Origin: the human T2T-CHM13v2.0 reference genome, Homo sapiens
Length of the DNA: 64,000 nt
Assembly: GCF_009914755.1 (NCBI RefSeq)
Contig: NC_060930.1
Direction: 5' to 3' (one strand)
The translations under genes were made by a program, and so were the position numbers. Positions 39,844 through 61,323 of the stretch are shown here, piece after piece (the stretch's first letter is position 1; each line of letters opens with the position of its first letter). Under the pieces are notes generated by a model. The model was not told the DNA's origin. It saw nothing but the letters and a program-made list of their open reading frames with translations, and made no database searches.

Positions 39844-40287
39844 TGTGGCAGTCATGAGAATGCACATCCCAGCCCCTCAGCTACAGGAAGCAGAATCGAT
39901 GATGACCCCAGCTCTTGAAGCTTGAAATCTATTGCCACATTTGCTCTGATCCCACACCTGCCCCCTGATCTTTTCCAGCCAATGATTGAGGAAAGCAGGG
40001 CAGAAACTAAGGCAGGAATATTTCTCCTCTGAAGGCTGACTGCAGCCCCAGGGCTCCCTGCCTCCTTTACTAAATTTCCCTTAGCCTGCACAGGGTCTAG
40101 GATGCTTCCAGCTGAACTTCCTGCCCTCTCTCCTTCACTGGGGCTCAGAGTTGCAGTGTGGTCTGATGGCTCTCCCAGTGTTTTCTGTCTCTCTCCTGAA
40201 TTTCTCTCACAAGTATTTCCCTGAATAAATCCTTGCACATTTACTACCGTATTGGGCTCTGCTCCTCAGGGGACCCTAACTAACCCA
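39844..40287 (+). mobile_element. LTR16-type 5' LTR of HERV16
   Basis: TGTGGCAGTCATG...CCAGCCAATGA...CCCTGAATAAATCCTTGCAC...GGGGACCCTAACTAACCCA. Confidence 0.75.
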
Positions 40288-42563
40288 AGCGGTATGAAGG
40301 GTGACCCATGAAAACAGGCAAAAATGGGAATTTGAAATAATCTTGCCCACTGCCTGGCAGGCCAAGAGGATGCCACCCGGGTTGGTGGGGGACACAGAAA
40401 GTCCATGGCATAAGGTGCAGCTGAGGTGCTGTGGTCTCCTCAGTGCTGAGCTGAGAAGATGCCCTGGTTAGGGGAAGCTATGGCAGGTGAGGTGATAGAA
40501 TGCCCTACACAATAATGATGAGGTTGGGGGAAACCTACAAAGACAGAGGAGTTGGGTGGTTACTGCTTGGCTGCGTTGATACCCTATAAAAGGATCATGA
40601 GAATCTGCGGGTTGTTAACAGCTGTCACTGGCTACAGGTGACAGCCTCTGCAGTGTCTCATGGAGAGGCCTTTATCTCCTGTAGCGAAAGGGCAGATAGC
40701 GTGGAATGGCAGCTGAAGACATCATTACGAGGGCCACAGTGCTCCAGACATGTCTGACACTCAGCCAAAGCAGGCCTGTTACAGGAAAGTCAGGGTCCTG
40801 GTGGGGAAACCTGAGATTCTGGAAACTGGAACCAGGATATCCGATGGGTGCCCTCCAGGACCCTCTGGGAATGCAGAGGAGGCTCACCATTATCTAATAA
40901 TGATTCCCACTTCCTACGCTGGAAGATGCTGCAAAAGCCTCACCCCCGTGATTCTGCGGGAATCCTACTCAGCAGCTTTGCAGGAATTAGCCGCCATTTC
41001 CCCACAGGAGCCCAAGGAGCACTTCTGGGATTGGAATTTGAGGGCGTTTGATCAAGAAACCAGAATTTCAGGCTGGATGAATAAAAATCCTTTGGCTTGG
41101 AGGCACTTTCTCAAGGCATGGGTTTGTCAAACACCCCAGGACTTTGATAAGTGGAGCTAAACCCACCGCTGGGGTGAATCCATATAGATTGGAAAAAAAG
41201 ATGCCCAACTCTCAACAAGGTAGACATGTCTTAGTTGCCCTGGTACATGTAAAGGAAGGAATAACGAGGCTGAGGGAAGTGGGCATGGTGAAGGCCCACC
41301 AGGGCCATGCTCCACAAGAGGGCCCAGAGGACACAACCTTCCACCAGAGCCTCAGGAACATGATGGTGAAAGGGACCTGCATCACTAAGTATAGGGGTGT
41401 TGTCCTCTGCAGGCTGCGGGTGATGGTAATAAAGATGGTCCCAGAGTTGCATTTATCCATATCCCTGGGGAGAGTGTGGCCCTGAAGAGACAGAGAAGAA
41501 GTGGTGGCAGTGACCTGAAAAAGCAGAGGGCATGGTTACTATGGCAACTTCAGAGTAGCAGCCAGGAGGACTCAAGTTGCAGGGAATGTGGGGAAGGTTA
41601 ATAGAGGGTGGTGTCCCAGGGTTAGGACAGGCAGCCAACAAGGGCGCTGCTTGATATCTATGATAGGAATGAAAGAATTGAGGAGCAGGAGGGTGAAGGT
41701 GTTTGACCCAATACAAAGTCATGATCCCATCCTCAATGCCTAGACCTCAGCCAAGATTCAGATTCAGATCTCAGTGACAGAGGAGGAGTCCATATCCCTA
41801 GGAGGAAGACCCTGCAACCCTGTGGAAGTATATGCTGGCACAATTCCCTCAATCATTTGGCAAAGGAACCTATAGACATTTACTTGGGTGGTTGTACACT
41901 GGGGAAAGGAAACACGCAGAACTGGAGGGATTATTGACACTGGGTGTGAGCTGACATTGATGCCCAGATGCCCACAGCACTCATGTCTCCCATCACAGTG
42001 GGGCTTATGGAGGCCAGGGAGTAAACCTGGACAAATTATGGCCCACAATGGGACCACTGGGCCAACAGACCCAACGCTGGATATCTTTCAATTCCCTGAG
42101 TGCATGATTGACACTGCTGCACTGCTAAGTGGAGTCACCCCCACACTGGGTCCCTAGTCTGTGGAGTAAGGACTCTCATTGTGCTGAAAGCCAAACGGAA
42201 ACCTCTGACACTGCCCACATCCTGGCCAAATCAAAAACCATAGTGTGTCCCAGGGTGGGTCTTGTGGAAGACACTGAAAGTATTATGGGGTCGCACCAAC
42301 ATTAGAGAGCTGAAGGATGTGGGGTGGTGTTGGGGCTGTCTATTGTCTCTATGTAATCCAGCAACCTGTCCCTGAGGGAAACTGGTAAGGCCTAAAGAAT
42401 GAATGAGATTACTCCAGGTCTGGCCAAGTAGGAGTTATAATTGCAGCTTTTATGTTGTCTGGTTATCACTGGTAGAGCAGGTTAATAAAGCCCCGGGCAC
42501 ACAGTGTGCCGCTGTGGATTTGGTGAGTGCATTCCTTTCCATTCCAATTAGAAAGTGGATATG

Positions 42564-45100
<2,537 letters not shown>

Positions 45101-45139
45101 TCCTCTGATGGCCAATTGTAGCTCGAGGACTCCTCTATG

Positions 45140-45703
<564 letters not shown>

Positions 45704-45879
45704 TAACTTAATTATAAGACATTAAACATGTAACTTAGTTTTAAAAGGAAAGGAGAAGTTCCATGGCTGAAGAGGATGTATTTTATTATCGTTCACAATG
45801 ATCACTTTACTTGAACTTCAATTTCCAACTGTGTCCCAATTAAACACAAAAGGAAGATTCATCCCTTGCTAGAGTGATT

Positions 45880-46800
45880 CTATGATGGCCCCAACAACCA
45901 CCTCCTGGTCATTCACCTTCCCCCAGTTATTCAACCAACTCTAATGTAGGTGCTGCTGTGAAGGAATTTAGCAGACATAATAAAGGGGCTCAATTAGTTG
46001 ACTTCAGGCTGGGTTTATGCTGCTTGGACTGTCCTAATCAGGAGAGTCCTTGAAAGGACTGGGTTCTTCCTGAGCATAGAGATTCACAGTGTGAGAGGGA
46101 TTCAGCATGAGGGGTTTCCTCCACTGTGGGCTTTGAAAATGAAGGGGCTGTGTAGGAAACAACACTGGTGGGCACCAGGAATTGAGTACAGCCCTCCCTG
46201 TTCTCTACATTGACAGCCAGCAAGGAACAGGGACCTCAGTCTTAAAACTGCAAGAAAGCACATTCTGCCACCTCTGTATAAGCCTAAAGGAGGATTCAAA
46301 ATGAAGACTCAGATTTGGGAAGCCTGGAACAGAGATTCCATCTACATCATGCCCAGATTTCTGACTAAGGTACTATAAACAGATAAATGGGTGTTTTTTG
46401 GCCAGGCGTGGTGGTGCACTCCTGTAATCCTAACATTTGAGGAGCTGACACAGGAGGATCACTTGCAGCCAGGAGTGTGAGACCAGCCCAGGTAATACAG
46501 TGAGACACTCGTCTCTACACTTTTTTTTTTAATTAGCTGGGTGTGGTGGCACTTGTCTGCAGTCCTGTCTACTCTGAAGACTGAGGCAGGAGGATTCCTT
46601 GAGCCCAGGAGTTTGAGGCTGCAGTGAGCCATGATCATGTGACTGCACTTCACGCTGGATGACAGTTTTTAGAGACTCTGTCTCTAAAAACAAATAAATG
46701 AATACAATAAATAAAAACAAATAAATAAATACAATAAATGGGTGTTGTTTAAAGCCAATGTTTGTGATAATTTTTTACACAGTCTTATAAAATTCATACA
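45880..46800 (+). mobile_element. MLT1E-like LTR interrupted by an AluJ (46400-46733)
   Basis: MLT1 motifs on both sides; Alu TSD ATAAATGGGTGTT at 46383-46395 and 46734-46746. Confidence 0.75.
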
Positions 46801-48269
46801 CAGGCTCAACAGACTAATGGAATGAACTGATGAATTGATATATACACTAGTTACATAAAATAAAATCTGAACTTTTTCAGTGTTTTGCATTTTATAATTA
46901 TCTGTGATGCAATTTAATATACTCATATTTCATTCATTCAGTCAACAAAAATTAATTTAGTCCCTACAATGAACCAGGTATCCCCTCATATGCTCACGTG
47001 CCTGACATTCTAGAAGCTTCACAAGACCAAGGTGGAGCCACTGGAGTGTTTTAGGTGGAGAAATGACACACTTTGACTCACATTAGCAGGACCACTATGG
47101 AGAGAACAGTCACGTAGCAGGTAACGGGAGAGTGCCAGTGTCACAATTCAGGAGTGACAGTGTGATGGGGACTAAGGGGAGAGGAGGGGCTGAGTGATAA
47201 GAGGGACGGAGGGAAGGGCTGGAGAAGCAGTAGGTGAGGAAAAGGAGTAGAGGGATAGAATTCAAAAGCAGCACAACTCTTAGGTTTGAACACTTTTTTT
47301 AATGGTATTTCAATAGATCCATCTACAGAGCCTCGCAGGGTGTTACTTGCAGTTGGCCTTTAATACCTTAAGTGGGTCTGCTTAAAAACTAATTGTTTTT
47401 ATGTTAATCAGGTTTTAAAAATACTAAGTGTTCCTAAGAAATATACACACCACTTAGATGTGGATACTTCCTAAAAACAGGCAGTGCATGAGCACTGGTG
47501 ATGGACATTGTGACTGCATCGAGCGCTTGCAACTTTGAGGTGAATGAAGTCTGTACTGACTCCTGGTTGCAACACATAGGAACACAGTGGCTACTTTGTA
47601 TTGAGGAGATGTCCTGGACTCACAGAAACTCAGGGCTATGGAATAAAGGTAAATTTAAAACACCACAAGCGGGAGTCACAGATACCTTGTTTGCAAAAGT
47701 GAAACTTAGGAGCTTTGTGAGTCCTGTTGTAATGCTTTTAGACACTTTATATATCAAGGGGCCAAAGTCACATGTTTTTACCGATTAGATTCCTGATCAT
47801 TCAGGGGTTACCAAGATTCTGCTACCCACTGTAGTTAATACACAAAAAGCAAACTGGTCTCTATACTATCTCATGCACCCAGGCACAACTTTTCCAGATT
47901 TAAAGAAAAAGAAAAAAGAAATAAAAGAAAAAAACCTCTGTCTCTACACCTCCATTCCCAGGGAGAGCTCCCTCTCTGGCACCAAGCTCCCTGGGGTGAG
48001 TTTTCTTTTTGAAGAGTCCAGGAGAACAGGTAAGCAGTGGGGAAGCAGGGAGTCCATTTCAGGGACAGGAATTCCCGGATGAAAAGTGAAAGGAGAGGGA
48101 CGGGGCCCAAGCTGAGGGTTTCTTCCTGGTTTCTCGGACAGCTCCTGGACCAAGACTCAGGGAACATTGAGACAGAGCGTTTGTCACAGGAGGAGCGGGG
48201 TCAGGGCGAAGTCCCAGAGCCCCAGGCATGGCTCTCAGGGTCTCAGGCCCCGAAGGCGGTGCATGGGCT

Positions 48270-48441
48270 GGGGAGGTGCAGCATTGGGGATTCCCCATCT
48301 CCGCAGAGTTTCTCTTCTCCCTCTCCCAGCCTGCGACGGGTCCTTCTTCCTGGACACTCACGACGCGGACCCAGTTCTCACTCCCACTGAGTGTCGGGTT
48401 TCTAGGGAAGCCAATCAGCGTCGCGCGGCCCCGGTTCTAAA
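48270..48441 (+). promoter_or_regulatory. HLA class I promoter module of HLA-J
   Basis: kB1 GGGGATTCCCC 48286-48296; ISRE-like AGTTTCTCTTCT 48307-48318; X1/X2 region ~48342-48366; Y box mutated to ACTGA 48386-48390; CCAAT 48411-48415; TCTAAA 48436-48441. Confidence 0.88.
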
Positions 48442-48487
48442 GTCCCCACGCACCCACCGGGACTCGGAGTCTCCCCAGACGCCGACG

Positions 48488-51850
<3,363 letters not shown>

Positions 51851-52589
51851 CCAGAGTCCACGTGTTTCTTGTGCTGATTTGTTGCAGGGGAGGAGAGTAG
51901 ATGGGGCTGTGCCCAGTGTGTGCTCAGGCCACCATGGGCTTTATGTGGTCACAGCTCACCTGGGTCATCTTTGCTGCTCCACTGTCCTTGGCCCTTCAGT
52001 AGAACCTTGTCCCACCAGGACCTGTGATCACAGGGACTTGGATGTCACCTAGGGTGGTCCCTACACATCGAAGTCCTTCCGGTATGAAGAGACAAATTTT
52101 CAGTCCCCTGTATCTTTTGCCCTCCTTCCAGGTCTCTTTCCTGGATTGTATTTTCCATCTTTTTCCCCAGCCTTCTTAAAGGAAGCAGATTCTGAAATTT
52201 GCAGAGAGGAGGGGTCCCATAGTTTCTCATCGTAGGTAACTTTCTGTTGGAACTCCTCTTCTGCTTTCCTACTCTTCTTCCTGCCTGAGTTGTAGTAATC
52301 CCAGTGCTGGCTCCAATCCAAACTCATGCATTTATAAAGCAGAGTCTGATTTAGATTTATATGGGGTTGGAAAATTGGACCCACAAGGCTAGGATTATCT
52401 TTCCTGAACAGAAAAATATGGCTGTGCGCTGCAGTGTGCAGGAGGGTTGGTGTGGGAGGAGGTGGGAAGGACACACAAGCAGCCCTGGTGAGAAAAGCAC
52501 TGGCAGCACTGATGTTGGTGTGAGATGATGTTGTTCTTTAGCTACGTTAATAAAGATATTGCCTTTAGAATACAGAGGTGCTCTACAGT

Positions 52590-53700
52590 GATCATTCATT
52601 CAACTGACATTTGTTGTCTGCTAGGTATATGACTGTTTTTGCATTTAGAAAACATCATTAAAGTAAAAACAGAAAAATTTCTGGCCTTGTGGTGTATACG
52701 TTCTAGATGCAAGCTTGTCCAACCTGCAGCTCTCGGGCTGCGTGTGGCCCGGGACAGCTTTGAATGTAAGAAGTTTTTTTGCTTATCTGTGGTAGCAAAT
52801 ATCATGAAAATTATGCACGCACATGTTTTTCTTTTTTCTATTCTTTCTGCTCATCAGCTGTCATTAGTGTATTTTATGTGTGGCTCAAGACAATGCTTAT
52901 TCTTCCCAACTGGCCCAGGGAAGCCAAAAAATTGGACACCTCTGTAGGCAGATGATAGATATAGTATAAGCAGAGTAGGAACAGAAAATGCTTGAGTTAG
53001 AAGGTGGCAAGTGCTGTGTGGCAGGTGATCCAGAGGGTGGGCTGTGGGGACAGGAAGGTGGCTGTTGTGCTGGGTGGTCAGCATGGGCCTTGTTGCAAAT
53101 GTGACCTTGGAGTAAAGATTTGAGGGATGTGAGGAGTTGTCTACAAGGATGTCTGGGAAAGTTCTTTTCAGGCAGGGGAACCTTCAGTGCAGATGCACTA
53201 GGGCAGGAAATTGTCTGTGTTCCTGGAAGGAGGAAGAGGCCAGAAGGGCTGGACACAGAGAAACTGAAGTGAGGTCAAAGGTGTGGCTAGAGCAGGTAGC
53301 CCTGAAGGGTGTGGGAAGGGTGTTGACCTTTGCTCTGAATGACATGGGGAGGACAGTTTTGAAAAGTGGGACATGGTAGGGCTCATCCTTTGAAAGCTTC
53401 TTTCTGGCTGCTGTGCTGAGAACAGAATTGAGAGGTGGGGAACCAGTGATGCAGTGGGGAAAATGGTGGGAAAGGAGTACAGTATTCTAGGATGGACACG
53501 TTGCTTACCTTGACTAGGGTGTGAGCAGGGGAAATAGTGAGAAGTGAAGGGATTCTGGATGAATTTGAAGATGGACTCACAGCACTTGCTAATGGATGTG
53601 AGAAGAAGAATCAAGGACACCCACAGTATTGGACTGAGTGAGCAGAAGGGTGGAGCTGCTGTCAGTGGAGATAGGGAGACTCTGGCAGGAGTACACAGAG
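52590..53700 (-). mobile_element. L2 fragments interrupted by MER30
   Basis: CATTCATTCAACTGACATTTGTTG L2 tail; L2 body motifs at 53100-53690; boundaries approximate. Confidence 0.6.
52710..52944. mobile_element. MER30 hAT-Charlie MITE
   Basis: Ends CAAGCTTGTCCAACC...TTGGACACCTCTG; internal TTTTATGTGTGGCTCAAGACAAT...GGCCCAGGGAAGCCAAAA. Confidence 0.82.
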
Positions 53701-54372
53701 GAGAGGGCATCGCAGGCATTCAATGGAGGAGACATCTATGAGGAATGCAGGTGAGGGGCCCAGATGCCTCTGCAGCTACAGATTCATCATCCAATCACTC
53801 TCCTACTCCCACCACCCCTGTGTCTCAGAGCCAGAGCACTGATTCTCCCCTGGGCTGTGGGCACAGGTAGGTGAAAGTCAGGGAAGTTGTGGTCTGCTAT
53901 TGGTTATAAGAAGTCACAGATCATTATGCTTTCTCAGATAATTAAAGAAATAATAAGAGAATGTGTAATTAGGACACTTAGAAGACTACAATAATGCAAA
54001 GGTTTTTATTCATCTAAAGAAGGTAACATAAGAAAAATAGTTGAGCAAGAAAGAGATAATATTAGAAGGCAGCAAATGACAATGGACAGACTTAAACCCA
54101 ATGAGGTCAATAATTACATTAAACATAATGGACTCAGACACTCCAATTACAAGACAAATAGTGCAGGGGGGTAAAAATAAATAACTAAATAAATAATCAT
54201 GGGCTGTTTACAAAAGACATAATTTCAGTAGAAGGTAAAGAAAAGTTGAAAGTAAAAGGATAGAGAATACCAGACAAACATTCATGAAAGACCACATGGA
54301 GACGCCATTTAGAAAAATTACAGGATATGAGTCTCCTGAGACATAGAGTACACGTAGACAGCTCACAAGGTC

Positions 54373-54529
54373 TTTTTCCCTTTTTTCAGAGACAGGGTCT
54401 GTTGCCCAGGTTGAAATGCAATGGTGATATCATACCTTACTGTAACCTCAAACTCCTGGGCTGGAGCAATTCTCCTGCCTCAGCCTTCCGAGTAGCTAGG
54501 ACCACAAGCCTGTGCCGCCACACCTGGCT
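54373..54529 (-). mobile_element. Alu single arm (AluJ/FRAM-like)
   Basis: GAGACAGGGTCTGTTGCCCAGG...CTCAGCCTTCCGAGTAGCTAGGACCACA. Confidence 0.8.
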
Positions 54530-55029
54530 ATAATGTCTCATTTTCTCATTTGCTGTGGTGTGAACAAGGAAACAATACCATGCCATGTATTTGACTTGCA
54601 GCAGGTACACAACAAATGTCAGGTGAATTAAGAAATAAAACCACTTAGTAATCCAAGCCATATCCACATTTACATCTTACAGATGAGGAGCAACATCCCA
54701 GACAAGTAAAGTAAAATAAATTGATTTACATCATCCAGAGCAGAATCGAGAACACATTCCCTGTGCTAAAGGAATCAGAGCTCTACTAGGGGTCATAGCA
54801 GATATCATGCAAGTCACATATGTTAATTACTAGAACAGGAATTGATACATTTCAAGATATACTAAACAAAGGGTTTGGAAGGATTAACTGAATGCAGAAA
54901 TAGAGGAAGAAAATGGATTTGTTTAAAAGATGGTTAGAATCTTTAAAGAAACAACATTTTTTTAAAGTGGCCTTATGTGGACCAAAGCAGAGATGAACTC
55001 AAGTGTCAGGTGGGAAAATGCCTAAGTGC

Positions 55030-55212
55030 AGCTTCTAGACCCAAGGGAGACCTAAAAATCCTGGGACATTTTCGGTTGTCACATGGGGATTGGTGGGAGG
55101 GGGTGAGTGGGGTGTTGCTGGCAAACCTCCCACAATGCACAGGACAGACCACTCCACAAGATTCTCTGTCCCAAATTGTTAATAGTGCTGCTGTTGAGAA
55201 ACCCGCCCCAGA
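55030..55212 (+). mobile_element. MER20 DNA transposon
   Basis: GGACATTTTCGGTTGTCACA...ACAATGCACAGGACAG...CCAAATTGTTAATAGTGCTGCTGTTGAGAAACCC. Confidence 0.75.
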
Positions 55213-55423
55213 GGTAAATGCTGTAATGTCCTCACCATTTCACAGATTAAGAAACTGAGGCACCAGGGGGAGAAGTGTCAGTAAGACCTGAGCTGCAGGT
55301 TGAATCCAGGCCACTTGGCTACAGGGTCTTGGCTCCCCTGGTTAAGTCAGGGACCCAGTAGCCGACCACAAACAATCCCAGCTGCACGGTGCCTTCATGG
55401 TCTGTGGGCGCCTTCATGGTCTG

Positions 55424-55440
55424 TGGCGCCCCCTGGTGTT
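55424..55440 (-). promoter_or_regulatory. Strong CTCF motif
   Basis: Reverse complement reads ACACCAGGGGGCGCCA, close to the CCACCAGGGGGCGC consensus. Confidence 0.6.
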
Positions 55441-56839
55441 GACACTGGGCCTGTGGCCAAATGAGGCTTGAGGGAAAAGGAAAAAACAGGTTTGGGTAGG
55501 GGGATACTCTTTCAGGCTCTCCAGATTTCCAGCCACGACTTACGCTCAGAAAAAATAATGTCCACCTTAATTATCTCTCCAACCCTGTTTTTCCCTGTCC
55601 CGGCTAGTTCCCTCCCTTGACTCCATCAACATCGGCACCTGCCAGACGCCCACCACCCACCATGTAAGGAGTGAAAAGGCCCCAGGACTAAATGACAAGA
55701 CGAGGTTCCACCCCAGCCATCCCTCCCCTCCTAGAGCTCTAGCTCTGTGCCTTTAGTGCTTAGGCTCTTAACCTGGGGTCCAGGAACCCACTTTCCTATG
55801 ACACTGCGTGAAGAAGTGATGTTACACGCACACATGACTTCACTACAGGACATTGGATATTAATATTCATCAGATCAGCTAGAGGCCCAAGATACCACTC
55901 TTCTCCCAACAGTTTGTGATCCTCTGAATTAAAGAAAGGGTAGGGATTGAGGGAGGCCCTAACTCCAAATCTTCTACCACTTCTAGCGAAGTGCTGAGAA
56001 GAAGTGCAAGGTACTCAACCTGCTCTGGGGATACAGCAGGAAAGCAGAGTGTTTACGGATTTCACATTCCATCAAAGAAAATCCATTTTGACAAAATATC
56101 CAAGTCACTTTTCTAAGCCCCAGGCAGCAGTTCAAACAAATAACATCAAAAAAACCAAAATCTTGGCCCAGGTGAAATCATTGAAGCTATAAAACTTTGT
56201 GAGACCTGTAGTTAGAGAGAAGGACAATTCAGTTTAGGGCTGCAGCAGAAAATTCCTATATCATATTGTGTTCTTCTTCATCATGAAGGTCCCCTGAAGG
56301 GACCTTCTCCCTTCAGCAGTGCATAGTGAGGCCATTTCCGTGCAAAAAGATAGAATCTCCTGGGATTCCTGATGTTTACACTTACTACTCACTCCTTCAC
56401 TTTGTAGATGCCAACTTCACATTAGACATCTTTCAGTTAATTTCCTTACTCTGTCTAAGCAGAATATTTAAACTTCTTTCTGAAGCAGAAAACCAGGGAC
56501 TGGTTATGTGAGCTATCACCCCACTCTGTGGCTCTCTTAAGCAATAAGCATAAGAGATTGTGGGCCAACAGAATTTGTAGCAAGGTAAACATAACCCTTC
56601 ATTTCAGCCTATGTTTCAGCTTGTCTAGTGATGTTCCAGTCTTGCTCCAGTCTTAACATTTTAAAATTTATAATTTTACTTGAATATGATTTTATAAGAA
56701 GTCATATATATTCATTTCTGTTGAGTCTGTCAGTGAAAGCCTTCTCAAAACAACTGTGAAGTAAAGACAGGTAAATAAATGCATGGTGCTCCCATGTATT
56801 AATGCTCACTGCATCTTACAAATGTGTCAGCCCCACTGC

Positions 56840-58345
<1,506 letters not shown>

Positions 58346-58489
58346 AAATATATCAACACTAAATCCAATCACAGCTCTCATCGAGTTTTTTTATACTGGT
58401 GTTTCAACAAGCACATTGCCGCTGTGGAGGGGAGGGGTCCTTGGAGTTCTTATGCCACCATGTTCTTTGGTGTCACTTCTCAGCACAAC

Positions 58490-58828
58490 TTTGGTGGTCA
58501 GAGCACAACTTGGTTTTATACATTTTAAGGGGACATGAGACAGTGATCAACATATGTAAGCTAAAGATTGATTCCGTCTGGAAAGGCGGGACAACTCGAA
58601 GCAAGGAGGGGGCTTCCAGGTCACAGATAGATGAGAGACAAATGGTTGCATTCTTTTGAGTTTCCGATTAGCCTTTCCAAATGAGGGAATCAGACATGTG
58701 TTTATCTCAGTGAGCAGAGGGGCGACTCTGAACAGATGGGAGGCAGGTTTACCCTAAGCAGTTCCCAGCTTGACTTTTCCCTTTAGCTTAGTAATTTTGG
58801 GGCCCCAAGATTTTATTTTCCTTTTACA
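58490..58828 (-). mobile_element. MER4A-like LTR fragment
   Basis: GGTTTTATACATTTTAAGGGGACATGAGAC...CCCAAGATTTTATTTTCCTTTTACA. Confidence 0.8.
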
Positions 58829-59169
58829 GAACCATCAATACTTACAGAAAAAAAAAAACCCTGAATGTACACAAACCTCTATACCAAACTACCAATTTAC
58901 AGAAAATACAGGTAATAGAAATACATTAAACCACACCTTGGCGTGCAATCCACAAAATGCAAACAATAGGAAACCTTACCATACAATATAAATTTCAAGG
59001 AGAAACCTATGGAACAAATGAGAACAAAAAACATATTTTTAAAGGTAAAACTAAACTATAATTTTGGATGATGAAAATATAAAGTCCAGCATAGGGAAGC
59101 AGTTCCTTTAGAATTTTAGTCACAATTAATGGAAGGGTACTGAAACCTGCTATTTCCCAGTTGAATAAC

Positions 59170-61323
59170 AGGTCCTGGGGATATAGAAGGTCTTGCCACA
59201 AGTTGAATCCATAACTGCTGCTTTCCTGGTACCAGGGAGAACAGGTTTCCTATCAAGGACTGGGTAGGAGTGTTTGCCAGGCCTGTATCAGCTATTGCCC
59301 AAGTTTCCACTTTACAAAAGTGCCATGCATACATGCAACAACATAGTGCCTTCTCCATGCATCCCTTAAGAGATGAACTGCATGCTATCTTAGGGCCAGT
59401 ACATTATGAGTCCAGTGCTGCCCCTATTGTGGAGCCCTCACAGGAGATGTCTCCAATGGTACATGAAGGCATGGCCCTCATTCCTGATAATGCTTGGTAC
59501 TTAGATGCATTGAGCCAAGGTAACCCTGTGTATGGACAGTAGTAGCTGCACAACCACAGACAGTATCTGGTTTGAGATGGGAATGCAACAGAGCAGTCAA
59601 TGGGCAGAACTCCAAGCTACATGGTTGGTTTGTACCCGTGAGCCACCACCTATAGTTCTCTGTACAGACAGTCTGGCAGTACTTAAGGGTCTTACAATTT
59701 GGCTTGCCCAAAGGGCCTGAGATGATTGGTATATAATTTAAAAATCCTTATGGGGAGCTGATATGTGGAAAGACATTTGGAAAAGTCTACAGGAACCCAC
59801 TGTGGACCTAATTGCTTCAGCACACTGGTCAGATTCACCTCCCAGAAACATGGAGGCAGACATCCTAGCAAAAATTAGAATACTGAGCTAGTTGATTAGG
59901 TACATATCACAGTGGGGATTTCAGTGCATGAATGGGCTGCCAAATAGCAAAGGGAGCAGGATTGGCTCTCTGCTATGCAGATTTAGTGGTGGCGGTAGCA
60001 AACTGCTTAATTTGTTCCCGTCTGTACCTCTGCCACATCCCACATACACCTGGACATATACATAAGACAGCCACCCCTGTGACAGACTGGTAGATAGACT
60101 ACATCAGACCCTTGCCAGTAATCTTGAGACGAAAGTATGCACTAACATGTGTATACACTGCCATGGGATTGTTGCAAGCTTTCCCTTGTAAGAGCAAACC
60201 AAACAGCCACCATCAGGGGCTTGGAGCAACTCAGTGTCATGTAAGGATACCCTCCACATATTGATAGCAATCGAGGCATGCATTTCACCAGACACGGTGT
60301 CCAAGACTGGATGCATGAAAGGGACATAGACTGGGTATTTCACTTACTGTATACTCCCCCAAGCAACAGGGTTGATTGAAAGGAAAAATGGTATTTTGAA
60401 GGCACAGTTTTGAGCACTCTCAAAATCCAATATCTTTCATAGTTAGACAAAGATTTTGCCTCAAGCCATTAGAAACCTTAATTTAGTTGAGACAAATATG
60501 GTGCTGGCACCACACCAATGACTCAGGACCACCACAGAGATGGATCCATTAACCATAATAGTAAAGAAAGTCCAACCAGATGCATCTCTGACCTGAGCAG
60601 ATAAAAGGCCAATGGCAAAGGTTATTTAGAACTCCTCAAGATCTTGAGCCAGGGAGGAGACACTTGAATGGGGGTTGGACTAGCAACTTCCCCTATGTTG
60701 GATAGAGCATTTCTTTCCAGACAGCAAGGAATTCCCTACCAACTAAAGTGGTCTCCATTGATCCTGCTGAAGTCTGGGCCAAAACACTCCACATACCAAT
60801 AAACTGGAACACAGTCCCTTTTAAGAAGCACCCTGGCTGGCCATTTGACATGGTCCTTTGCTGCCCCTGTAACCTTACACATAATACCAGCGCCTTTGCC
60901 CCTCAGGCAACATGTTTGGTGTGTACTCCCAGCCCACAATCCTATGTTCCTAATCAACAGAGATGGAGCTACCAGTAATTCTGTTTAATGGGGAAGAACT
61001 GCCCCACCAAATACCTACTAAACATTTTTAATTCCACCCATAGTCTTCTGTTCCTATTGTTGTTCTGCTCTATACCTCTTGGTTTGGTTCCTGAATAAAC
61101 ATGGTAAAGGGCATTTTTAATTCTGTGTCTTACACCTGGCATACATATCATCGCCTGTTGTTTGTGTTGTTGCTGTGGCCCCTGCTTAACAAGTAGAAAA
61201 CAAATTGATAAAATGTGTCACTCACACCATCAAAATGTCACCCACAGCCCTCTCTGAAGGCTCAGGGACTATGGGGGAAATGTGAGTCCATGAGATTGTA
61301 AGAGCTGGATTAGAGGGCTGGGA
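59170..61323 (+). mobile_element. ERVL internal region (RNase H and integrase), 5'-truncated
   Basis: RNase H SSQWAELQA...VLCTDSLAVLKGL; integrase W*IDYIRPLP, IDSNRGMHFT, ATGLIERKNGILK; purine tract before the LTR. Confidence 0.8.
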
